This document shows, piece after piece, positions 50,101 to 60,663 of a DNA stretch of 64,000 bases. Positions within the stretch are counted from its first letter, which is position 1, and every line of letters starts with the position of its first letter. Under the pieces are notes generated by a model. It had not been told where the DNA came from. It saw only the letters and a program-made list of their open reading frames with translations, and searched no databases. Source of the DNA: Calcarisporiella thermophila CBS 279.70 (Eukaryota > Fungi > Calcarisporiellomycota); contig NW_027192212.1 of NCBI RefSeq assembly GCF_041956535.1, positions 140,970-204,969 of the forward strand, in the 5' to 3' direction. Position numbers and translations under genes: made by a program.

Positions 50101-50622
50101 ACGGGCTTGGCAGCTATACCCCCGCGGCGCCCTCTGAACATGCGCCCGTCTCCTCCTCGACCTCCTCGACCTCCGCGACCCCTCTGGCCGCTCCTTCCTC
50201 CGTGCAAAATCCGGCCAGCCAGATTACTCACCCCCCCGGGCTCTCCTCCTACTTTTCCCACCCGCTTACCGACACCCATGCGGCGCTGCACTCCCCCTTT
50301 GGAACGGGCAGCAGCATTTGGTCCACCTCCAGCTCGGTTCCGCTATCGCGCTATGGAAGTAGTGGGGGCCAAGGGCCGCCCGGGTTTGCTCGGCGTGTTG
50401 GCGGAAGTGTGCGATGTGGAAACTGTGGAGGAGTGGGGCATGTAAGCGCCGAATGCACTGTAAGTGTAGAATGAGTTCTTTTTGCTTCGTCGCCTTGAAA
50501 CGGGATGTGGATAGACTGAAAACTTGTTTCCCCCCCCTCCCCTGTGCTCGTTGTAGGATGCTTGCCGGTATTGTGGAGTGCGGGGTGCGCATCTCTCCGA
50601 GGCTTGTCCAATGCAACTATAG
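47118..50622 (+). CDS. Uncharacterised ~1140-aa helical/coiled-coil protein with two C-terminal CCHC-type zinc knuckles
   Basis: 1118-aa ORF. A GTAAGT...TAG intron (about 50460-50557) adds DACRYCGVRGAHLSEACPMQL*. First knuckle CGNCGGVGHVSAEC; polyK tract KKKNKKKKKK. Confidence 0.8.
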
Positions 50623-50960
50623 AGATTGTTTATTGTCGTTTTTTGCTTTCCCTCTTTAATGTTTGTGATATTTCCTGTAAATAATTATATTTTTTTTTCC
50701 CATATTTCTCGAGAGGACTCTTTAATTAGGACTTTATTTTTCTCTTTTTATTTTTATTTTTCCAAAAAAAAAGTGGATGGAACACTTGTTGATTTTTCTT
50801 GTAATGCTTTTTTTTTTTCATCTCGACCTACTCTATCTTTCCTCAAAATCTGAAATATATGGTAAGCGCAATTTATATGTAGCTGGAAAAATATACAGAC
50901 GCCACTAGGTTGTTCACCGAAGCCATAGATACAAGACTACTAATACTACATGTGTTTGGG

Positions 50961-51756
50961 TTAATACTTCATCAAGTACACGTGCTGGAACTCGCTCTTG
51001 CCCAGCACCACCTTCTTCAGCTTGCCCAGATTGCGGGTGTCCTCCTCCACCGTGTGCGCCAGCCTCTGGATCTGGGGCGTGAGCTTCGACAGCTGGGTGT
51101 GGAATCGGGCGAGATCATGTCGCAATTCCAGGACCAGCGCAAGCAAGTCTTTTGCGTCTCCCGCACTCTTCCTCCCCTCTGCGCCTGCCCCGGCGCCTTC
51201 TCCTGCTCCACCGGTTCCGCCGCCTCCATCCTCCACCCGCGGCTGGTACGATGCGACCGTGGCGGGCGACGAGGCGGGCGGCGCCAAGGACACCGAGGAC
51301 GAGCTCTTCCTGCCCCGCGGCTGCGGCCGTCGTTTCACCTTGCTCAAGCCCTCGCGCTCGCCTCGGCGAAACTCCGGGTGCCAAAACACCACCTCTCTGC
51401 GTGAGCTGCAATGCCGCATGCGCCGTCCATCCGTCACGCGCCGAAACCCATAGATATTCAGCTGCCGCACAAATGACGAGAATTTGGAGTGTTTGAAGAC
51501 GAGGGGGAGCACATGGGTGGAGAAGTCGGGGATGTTGTGAATGATGAAGTGGGTCCCCTGCGGCGACCAAGAAATAAGATGCGGGTGGCTCTGCGATTCT
51601 AAGAGGCTAAAATGGCCCGAAGGGATTAAATGCATGGTCGGCAACCATGCTCAGTCGGAAAAAAAAAAAAGAAGCGGAGGAATCTTACTCAAAGAGCTTG
51701 CTGGCGAAATGGGGGAAAATGTCCGCGTTCTGCGATGCTTGGGAGGACAATGTCAT
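50961..51756 (-). CDS. HSF-type DNA-binding domain protein with a C-terminal coiled coil (2 exons)
   Basis: First exon ends FPHFASKLF; second exon has ISWSPQGTHF, VLPLVFKHSKFSSFVRQLNIYGFRRV, FWHPEFRRG and KVKRR. Confidence 0.9.
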
Positions 51757-52169
51757 GGCTGGAGAGGGAGCGGGCTGGTTTTACGGAAATAGAGGCGTTA
51801 GAATGACAAGATAAGAGCGAGAAGTCGAAGCCAGAACAAGAGGGAAATAGAGTTGGAGCGGGGACCATAGCCAGTGCAAATATTCTCTATGTATAGAAAT
51901 AGGCGGTTTGCTTCCCACACATTCGGAGTAGGGTGAGGAAAGAGCTGAAAATCGGCACGGTGAGGGTGCGCAAGGCAACCACGATGCAAAGGCGAAAGAC
52001 TAGGTGGATGGCAATGCGATCCTGGCGCAATCTCTGCCCAGCCTTGCTCTCCCATTCCCCGCCTCTATAGGAGAGTGACGTATGGGGCCATCTGAAGGCA
52101 ATCTGATACCCACTCTCTAGCGATAAAAGGTCCATATTGTTTTTTTTCGGAAGCCACGATATTAAAAGC

Positions 52170-53386
52170 ATGGATTCGACGTCGCCACCTTCAACGTCCC
52201 CAAACAAACGCAAGGCCCCCTATGATCCTGCGGGCTATTCCAACAAGGCGGCCAAGCATCGCTCCGACCAAACGGCCAACGCTGTGGCCATGCACTACAA
52301 CATGCGGCCCGAAGTAGGTGTCGAGCGTCGCAAGGAGTCTAATATCTACCAGCTTAAATGCTTCAACAACTGGATCAAATCCGTATTAATTCATCGATAT
52401 GCACGGCCTGGGATTCATGTCCTTGACATGGGATGTGGAAAAGGAGGCGATTTGCTAAAGTGGGATAAGGCCCGGATCGCGGGCTATGTGGGTGCTGGTT
52501 AGTCGAGCAACTCCTTCAGAGGACACTTCTCGAGATGCGATTTAAAAGTCCTTTTCTCTAACTCTATCCCCCTTAGATGTGGCGGAGGTTTCTATACGGC
52601 AAGCTGAAGAACGATACCGTAATCTAAGGCGCGCTCGCTTCTCCGCGCACTTTTATGCCCTGGATTGCTACACGGTAAGCCCGTACATAGTACACTCTTG
52701 CCCTCGCAACTCACCCCATGGATGTCTCGCTCTAGACGCCCTTAACAAGCGTCCTCAGATCCCCCCAAACATTTCACATCGTCACCATGCAATTCTGCAT
52801 GCACTACGCATTTGAGACAGAGGCTAAGGCGCGTATGATGCTGCGGAACGTCACCTCCAATCTGGCCCGCGGCGGATACTTCATCGGGACGATTCCAGAC
52901 GCGTACTGGATTGTAAAAAAACTCAAATCGGTAGAGGGCTTGGAGATCGGAAATAGCATCTATAGTATTCGTTTTGATCAGCGGGAGAGCTTCCCCCTAT
53001 TCGGGTGCCGCTACAACTTCCACCTGGAGGATGCAGTCGACTGTCCTGAGTATTTGGTGCACTTCCCGACCTTTCAAAAGTAAGTGAATGAGTGTGTGGG
53101 AGGGAAGGAGAGGGGGTGCAAGTGTCTCCGCGACCCATAGGATCTCCACCATTCAACGACAATAACTCACTCCATTTTTCATAGGTTGGCCAGGGAGTAT
53201 GGCCTGACGCTGATGTACAAGCAGCGCTTCCACGAGCTTTATGACGACGCTCGCCGTGATCCCGAATTCCTCTCTCTTCTCTATAGAATGGGCGTGATCA
53301 AGACGTCACCCGAGCCCAGAGGATTGTCGGAGGAAGAGTGGGAGGCAGCGGGAATCTACTTGTCATTTGCCTTCAAGAAAGAATAG
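52170..53386 (+). CDS. ABD1: mRNA cap guanine-N7 methyltransferase (4 exons)
   Basis: Motifs [58 protein letters not shown] and YLSFAFKK. Confidence 0.96.
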
Positions 53387-54016
53387 CGAATCAAAAAAAA
53401 AAAACGGGAAAAAATGTAAGAAAATAGTCGGGCTTGATCTTTCGTTTCTACACTCTTTGAACCGCAACTTGTATGTATTTTTTGTATCTTCCGGCACGCT
53501 TTCATTAATTTATGACAAAAGTCGCCATACAATACCCCCATTTACTGGCCTTCATTGTTTCGAGAGAAGCATCGCATTTTGATAGTTCGTTGAGATCGAC
53601 TAGATAAAAAAAAAATCAAAACTTAAAATCAGTTAATACGTGACCATGAAAAGTAATATTTTAAAGAATGGACCTTTACTGAAGAAAACCCTATAGAGTT
53701 AAAGGATAGGGTCATCAACTGCACCATAATTTGCCCATCTTTTGCTCCCGGCCCGACCTATAATATGAAGAAAAGGAGTGAAGGACATGAAAGAAGGGGG
53801 TGATATATCAGAAAAACGTGGTACGATAATACTCTATATCATTGTCTGCAGGAAAAAGGAGTGGAAAAAAAGAACAAAATGGGCGAGGATGTTAAGGAAA
53901 AAGAAAGAAAATAAAAAAAAAATTGCGCAAAAAAATATTGAAGATCAGATATAGGTATATAATGTAAAAAAAGAGAAAACTTTTCAACAAGCTAAATTCC
54001 GAGGCTGTGCCTCAAA

Positions 54017-54089
54017 GCCCTTGTGGCCTAATGGATAAGGCGTTGGACTTCTAATCCAAAGATTGCGGGTTCAAGCCCCGCCAGGGGCT
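54017..54089 (+). tRNA. tRNA-Arg (anticodon TCT), intronless, copy 1
   Basis: Full cloverleaf GCCCTTG-TG-GCCT..AGGC-TTGGA CTTCTAA TCCAA-GCGGG TTCAAGC CCCGC-CAGGGGC, with a T-run Pol III terminator at about 54097. Confidence 0.97.
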
Positions 54090-54711
54090 CTTCAGCTTTT
54101 TTGTGTTTTATTTTTTTATTATTACATAGAGTTTGAATCGACTTGAAAATGTTCTAGAATTACGTGAAAATCAGAATAGTACGGCCCCTTATACCATAGA
54201 ATCCTTCGTATACCTTTTCAACATCTTTAGGAAAACTTCGCAGTATAATAGTTATTTGCAAAGTATACCGCTTTTCTTTATGAGAATATCTCTATCTAAT
54301 CGAGAATATTATTAATTTTAAAGTTAGAGGAAAGGTTTTTAAATCTTTATTGTTCATCAACTATGGCAGAGATGATGGCCTCTTCATCGAAAAGAAGATG
54401 CTCTATCTTGGAGAGAATTCTCTTCAAAGAAATTGCCACTAAGTACTCTTAAAAGTCGAAAAAGAAAAGTACTATGATATGGTAATCGAACCATTTTTTC
54501 CAAATATAACAAATAAACAAAATGTAAAATATTATACATACAGTGTTGCACTAAATAAATATTACTTTATTGCTTCTTGTAACCCAATCTCCCGCACTCA
54601 TCTCTATGCTTTCTGACATACAATACAGATACTTAGTGCAAAATACAGAGCTCCATAATCGATCAATGGCGGCCATTATGCATTGGCTATCGATGCAGAT
54701 CCAGCAGAAAA

Positions 54712-54965
54712 TCAATTAGACTGACTTGTAGCCCTAGGACCCTACTTCCACAGTGGGGTCCTTTGGCCTCACTTCATACTGCAAGTACAGTGCCGGGTCA
54801 AATATTGTACCAGCACACAGATCTTTAGTAGCACTATGCGCGTATGCCTGCCACATATCATCACTTACTCATAACACGTATCTCTTCTATTGGAGCTCTC
54901 GTTCAATCGCCTTGTTGCCCAGCACGGGTCCACCCTTTGCATACCAATCAGCGAAGCGTGCTAGG
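54712..54965 (-). pseudogene. Decayed coding relic of unknown family
   Basis: The frame reads RFADWYAKGGPVLGNKAIERELQ*KRYVL*VSDDMWQAYAHSATKDLCAGTIFDPALYLQYEVRPKDP. The composition is protein-like with two internal stops. Confidence 0.35.
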
Positions 54966-55830
54966 ACGACTCACCTACATTTCCCCCCTTGATAAGAATT
55001 GGGGTTCTTCGTTGTTACTTTGCTGCATTTTCGTTGCTTACTTGCGTTATTCTTAGTAAAATATTTGATTATTAACAAGAAAGTCAAGATAGAATTGATA
55101 AGTAGGAGGAAGAGATGTATATATTGTTATTCATTGCTCTGTACTGAACAAAAAAAGACTGGCCATTTAGGGGGGGGGGGGTAACGAAAAATAGAAAACT
55201 AGACTTGGAGAAGTTACTCTCATTCTAGTAATAGTGCCGCTCAAAAGCCCGTTCTACCACTGTACTCTGTTTGCAACACCTATTGCGGAACCGCTCGATC
55301 TCACGCTACTTTCCCGCTCTTACCCATCTGGTTTATAAAATGCTGTCGACACCAAAATTGGAAAAATTGGTATCTCGAATGATAATCAAGTAATGTCAAA
55401 GAGGAAAGTAATACGGCCCCGTTGTACCTTCCTAAGTTCTGAGTCAAGCGTAATACAGGCAGCGTGTAATCAGCACAGGTACTAAGACGTAAGCTATTAA
55501 TATTTACTATAGGGTTGAAGTTCGAAAAAAGATCTGCAAAAACCACACCTGAGTTTTATAACTTATTCTTATACGAAATATGATTTGCAAGAAACAATCT
55601 GAATGACAATCAGAGATATCGTGAATGGCATCGAAAGATGAGTGGATCATTAGCAGCATTACTATTGTAGCCACCTTTCGTTTTTGGAGCTTCGGCTATG
55701 TTTTATAAATGAAATTTACAACAGTTAGCAATATAGTATTCTGAGAGCCAGCAAAGGTATGAGTACGTCTCTCCGCTCACTACCACTCTGCAAAAAGATA
55801 TGTACAATATAACTGTCCAGGTGTAGGGCA

Positions 55831-56362
55831 TTTTTATTAAACGTAACCTTTTCTGTTCTTAATATTGATAAACATCAAAAATAAAGAAATCCAATTAGGG
55901 GATGTGAAGAGAATGTGCCTAACTTCCCTATATTTTTAAGGAGAAAGGTAGCCATGTATGAGAAAGAAGAAAAACAAATAAAAACAACGAAGAAAAGTCA
56001 CACTTGAAAGCGATATCTTCATGTTCTTGGTTGTCCATGACAATCGCAATCTGTCTTATTTATGCTCCAAACCATGATGTTGTATAATAGCAAGGAGACT
56101 TGTCGAGCTTTACCTTGTGTTTCCTCGTGGAATCCGAAGAGTTTTTCATACCTCTGTCTGGTTGTCCAGGGCTTATCAAGGATCTTTTGATGGAGACTAT
56201 TAAATCACTTCCAAAGGTCTCCAATCCTGGCGCATTCAAAAAAGACGCGTTCTATGGTCTCTACCTCTTCTCATTGGCATCTCTTGCAGTTGAGGCTGGG
56301 AAAATATCTGTTTTTTTTAACAAAAGGCCTTTATTGGCAAGTGTCCTATTCTGTTAAAAAAA
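55831..56362 (-). mobile_element. 5'-truncated, degenerate L1/Tx1-clade non-LTR retrotransposon fragment (zf-RVT C-terminus plus 3' UTR)
   Basis: The minus frame reads NRYFPSLNCKRCQ*EEVETIERVFFECARIGDLWK*...LLYNIMVWSINK, matching the C-x2-C..ET.EH.FF.C..W and WxIW pattern of L1 ORF2. It ends in AATAAAAA and is flanked by ATAACTGTCCAGG / ATAACTGCCCAGG. Confidence 0.75.
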
Positions 56363-56375
56363 ATAACTGCCCAGG

Positions 56376-56554
56376 TTTTTTTTTATGGGACTTTTATTGA
56401 AAGTTTCCTATACAAGTTAAATGAAAGGATTGTACACTCCCTCTACCATTGCTTACATGTATTGCTTGTTTTCTGATGACTACCAATATCCAATTACTAA
56501 CGAAGTATCTTATTGCTCGATTCCTAGAGTATGTCACGGACCCATCTCTAGTAA
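56376..56554 (-). mobile_element. Short retroposed 3'-end fragment (AATAAA plus A9 tail)
   Basis: The minus strand ends ...caataaaagtcccataaaaaaaaa. It is flanked by AAATAACTGCCCAGG and AAATATCTGCCAAGG (13/15 identical). Confidence 0.5.
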
Positions 56555-56571
56555 ATATCTGCCAAGGGAGC

Positions 56572-56857
56572 TTTTTTGGATCAAAAGTGAGCCTTTATTG
56601 TTTAATAAGACTCTAAAATACAATCGTTACATCATTAAAAGTAATAAAACGAGATAAAAGCTAGAAATTAACGCGATATTGCGATTCGGGGTAAGTTGAT
56701 CATGACAAATTTTCTCCTCAAATGGGTAGTTGAGAAATAAAACTCAACTAGCTGTGGGTATTAGGGAACGACTTGATAGGTGATATGGAGAGAGAGATAT
56801 AAAGAAAGAAAAGGGCTAGTAGTGGGGGCTACTGCGTCAGTCCAGTTCTAGAGCCGC
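56572..56857 (-). mobile_element. 286-bp retroposed insertion with a perfect 16-bp target-site duplication
   Basis: TATCTGCCAAGGGAGC at 56556-56571 and 56858-56873. The minus strand ends aataaaggctcacttttgatccaaaaaa directly against the TSD. Internal hairpin tagttgag-N8-ctcaacta. Confidence 0.7.
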
Positions 56858-56942
56858 TATCTGCCAAGGGAGCGCGACCAAAAATGGATTTAATCTTCCA
56901 CTATGATAAGCCATCCACTGACTAACCGTCGCAGTCAACCAA

Positions 56943-57015
56943 GCCCCTGTGGCCTAATGGATAAGGCGTTGGACTTCTAATCCAAAGATTGCGGGTTCAA
57001 GCCCCGCCAGGGGCT
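56943..57015 (+). tRNA. tRNA-Arg (anticodon TCT), intronless, copy 2
   Basis: Identical to copy 1 except for C instead of T at position 5. T-run terminator at about 57027. Confidence 0.97.
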
Positions 57016-57853
57016 CATACAGAATATTTTTTCTCTGGTATAATTTTATCTTCGTTAACACTCTTCCATGTATAAAATGATGGATCGGTAAAAGGCAACA
57101 GCACTACCATTTTTTTTTGGGTTATCTTTCTGTTCCTCTTTTTTCTCTCTTGGCTCATGGGTTGGCTCAATGGGTATAGGGTAAGGCCACGAAATAAATC
57201 ATTTTGAGCACAGAGGATGAGCTAGGCTCGGTCTTTCCTCATTGACCTGCCGTCTCAGAGATACGAGTATGAAATAAAAATATATGTATAATATATACAC
57301 ATAGCTATTGAAAATAGAATAAAAATCAGCTGGATGGATTCAAGACTAAGTGTATAGGGGGAAGGGGAAGGGGGACCCGATTCTTCGAGAGGAAAACATA
57401 AAAAAGCGGCTCAAGAGAGGACTGAAAAGGATTTTAGGGGAAGCGAGTCAGGAATGAGTAGAAGCAGGGGAGAGAGGGGAGAAAACGAGGTCTTGAGCCA
57501 GAATCAGAGTCAGGAAACAAAAGAACAGCGAAAGACATCGGATAAAATAGCATATAACACAGAAATGATGAAATAAACAACAAACCAACATTAAGGTTAG
57601 GGTGAAAATAGAGGGCAAGATAGAGGTCAGAAAAAAAATAGGGATAAACAAAATCACACCATCCTCGAGGATCATACAGTAAATAATTAAGAGCAGGTGA
57701 TAGCAAAAAAAAAATCTACAAAGCAAGGCCAAAGCGGAATAAAGAGGAGGGAGGAAGCGAGAGCCGGGGGAGTGAGATGGGAAACGGAGACGGATAGATT
57801 TGTGGGAGGGAGAATGGGCAGAGCGAGGGGGGAGGGGGTGGGGACGGCCTTAG

Positions 57854-59481
57854 TCATTTGTTCAGGCTGGGCTTCTCAAGCATCAATCCCGGGTCAGAGC
57901 CGCCCTTTTCCTTCAGGCTGTCGGGGAATCTGAGGGCGAACACGGGCTCCGAGAATCGGCCTTCGGCATCGTCGTCGTCGACCTCGTCCTCCATGCCCCG
58001 GTAGAATTTCGACCTTTCCAGCTGACTTGTCGTCAGGGTCCGATTCTTCTCCCCTAGGCCGTCCAGCTCGCCCGCGCCGCTCTCCTCGCCCGCAAGCGGC
58101 CGCCTCCCATAGGCCACGTGGAAATGCACATGGCTCCGATTGTCGTCCCACTCCTGCACGATTCGCCGGACCATTTCCTCGTACTCGCTGTAGTCGGTGC
58201 CGGTGGCGCGGCACAGCCACGGCTTCCACGTCTGCATCGCGGTGATCCCGTCCTCCTTGAGCAGCTGCCCGATCGCCTTGCCCCAGTTGCCGATGGGCAC
58301 GGTGATGAGGAAGCTCTCGAGATCGTACACGCGGGCCTCGGCCAGCAGGCGGTCGATGTAGCGGGCAATGAACGGGTCCAGGCCGCGGGCCATGGTCGCA
58401 TGGCAAATCTTGAAGTTGATCTGCTTGATCATCTCTCCCGCGGGATGCACCTCCAGATCCGTCTCCACCAGCTAAATCGATTTTCCGGGCGAGAAATGAA
58501 AAAAAAAAGGAGAGAGAAGGGACACAAGGTTAAGCTTTAATATTCCCCGCGGGACGGCTAAGCAAGGCTTTGGCCGGCTGTGAAAGTTAAAGTTTACCTG
58601 GATCCATCCGCCTGGTTTTGTAATTCGCTTTAGCTCTCGAAGCACAGCCGGCCACTGATCCTTCGGGATGGCGGTTGCCATTTGGCGCTGGTGCACGAAA
58701 TCAAACGAGCCATCCTCGAATGGCAACGGCAGCTTCAGCACATCCATCACGTCGAAGCTCGTGTTTTTCGGGATCTTGAGATCGGGCCACAGTTCGCTGG
58801 GGAACATCATGGACTGGACATCAATGCCCATGAACTCGGAGTTGGGAAACTCGGTGGCCATTTCCTAAATTCATCGGAGGGCAAAGGGGGATTAGTCCAA
58901 AGTGTGGAGCCGACACAAAAGGTCATCAGGGGAGGGGGGCACCCACCATCAGCCACAGGCCCGGTCCGCATCCCACATCCAGCACGCGGATCCCTCGCTT
59001 CAGGTCGTCCTCGATGGGAACAAAGTAGTTGCTATAAGCAAATGGGAAACCATCAGTTCATGGCTTGCGATGGCGCCGCCGCGCCCATTCATACATACCA
59101 TCCAAAAGCGGCCCGCAGCATAAAGTATTCGCTCACGAGCCGGTTGGCCTCCTCCTTGTCGACGGGCAGCAGGTAGGCTTGGCCCTCCGCGTAGCTTCGT
59201 CCCTCCAGGAACTTGATGTTGAAGCTTTTCTTCTGCGGGGGGGACGCCTGTTGCGCCTTCTGCTCACCGGCCGCCCGGGTCGAGTCCTTGGCCGACTGCT
59301 TCTTTGCACGCCGCTCTTCCTCGGCGACCCGCCGAAGCATGCGCAGGCTCTTGTCGGTGGGTTTGGCCGGGAGGAGGTAGGACGGCACCTTGGCCATCGG
59401 GGACTCCGGGAGAGCGGCGGGCTGTTTGGACTTGCGTCGCTTTAATCTAATGTGATTGCAAGAGGAAATCAGGGCGCCCAT
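57854..59481 (-). CDS. Class I SAM-dependent methyltransferase, LaeA-like fungal family (4 exons)
   Basis: Motifs YLLPVDKEEANRL, RVLDVGCGPGLW, EMATEFPNSEFMGID, LPFEDGSFDFVHQR, ELKRITKPGGWIQLVE and VPIGNWG. Confidence 0.9.
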
Positions 59482-60663
59482 TTTCCGCGGTGAAGGATTA
59501 AGGAGAGGGGGATGAGGCTGGGGTCGATGGCGGTGGGAAGAGGCGAGATGGGCGGGGGAGAGGCTCCTTTAGCAGTGGGGATAGAAACCAGAGGCAGAAG
59601 AGAGCGCCGGGGGAGATAGAGACGGATTAGTTGCTGTATGGCGGGGGGATGAGGGGCAGCGGCAGACACTGAATGATGGAGCGCACAGTCAGTAGGTTAG
59701 AAAAGGGGGGGGCGGAGGCTGGGGGCATAAATACGTTTTGAATGGCCACGAGTGTTTAAAAAAAGAAAACCATGGCTTGATGTCAAAAAGGCAAGATGAC
59801 TAATGCGATCCGGGATGAAGCAAGGCAGAATGTGTGAGAAAAAGGGGGGAGGCACAGCGAGAAGGGGGAGAGCCACCACTTGCGGATTGTGTTTCTGCGA
59901 GCGTGTGGGCGGGAGCCGGGGAGCGGAAGCTGCTGCGAAACGGCGGTTGCGAGGGCGGCAGCAAGAGAAAGGCTAGAAGAAGAAAGGCTGGAGCGCTGGA
60001 GACAAAAAAAAAAAAAAAAAAAAGACAGAACAAAACAGAACTCACACATACCACAGAAAAAAAAAAAGGCGAGCTCACAGACACAGACACAGACACAGAC
60101 ACAATTTAATATTTCATTCGGGAACAGGTGAAACCTTGCAGCACGTATCCTCACTTTGCCTTGCCGGCTTCCGCATGAATAAAAAAACAAGGCGAAACAA
60201 ACGCGGCCTATAGAATGGGCCGAGCCCGGGCAACGGTTTTGGGACCTCAGCGAGTGCGGGCCGGCCCTTTGCTGGGTTTCTTCGGGACTCGATCCCTTGC
60301 GGGTTCATAAGTCACCGCCCCGGCGATCACACAAGGCTCCCGTGTGATTTCTCAGCGGGAGTAAAATGAATTTTAATATAAGCGAAATTAGAGTATTTTA
60401 ATAATTCATGCTTAGCAACACAACACAAACGTGGGATATAGTACAAAAATCCAAAATACGAAAAAAAAAATACAGTATGGAAACAGGGCCCGGCCGGCCC
60501 CCCCGCCCCCACCGGCAGCTTGCAGGGGGGCGGGGGCGGGGGCGGGGAGAGGGCGGGCGGTACGGGAGCAATACACCCCTTCAAGCGCGGGTAATAAATA
60601 GAGGGGAAATGCGCGAGACCATGGGGAGGGCGGGGGAGAGCGAGAGAGGGGAGGGTGCGCAGG

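Noticed and set aside
55809-56873. CRISPR-like array reading of the four-copy motif
   Set aside because: Eukaryotic context, short degenerate repeats, very unequal spacers (about 180-540 bp) with poly(A) ends and no cas genes; the TSD explanation fits better.
4996-59481. U12-type (minor spliceosome) introns
   Set aside because: The introns I could delimit have ordinary GT-AG ends; no RTATCCTT donors were seen at junctions.
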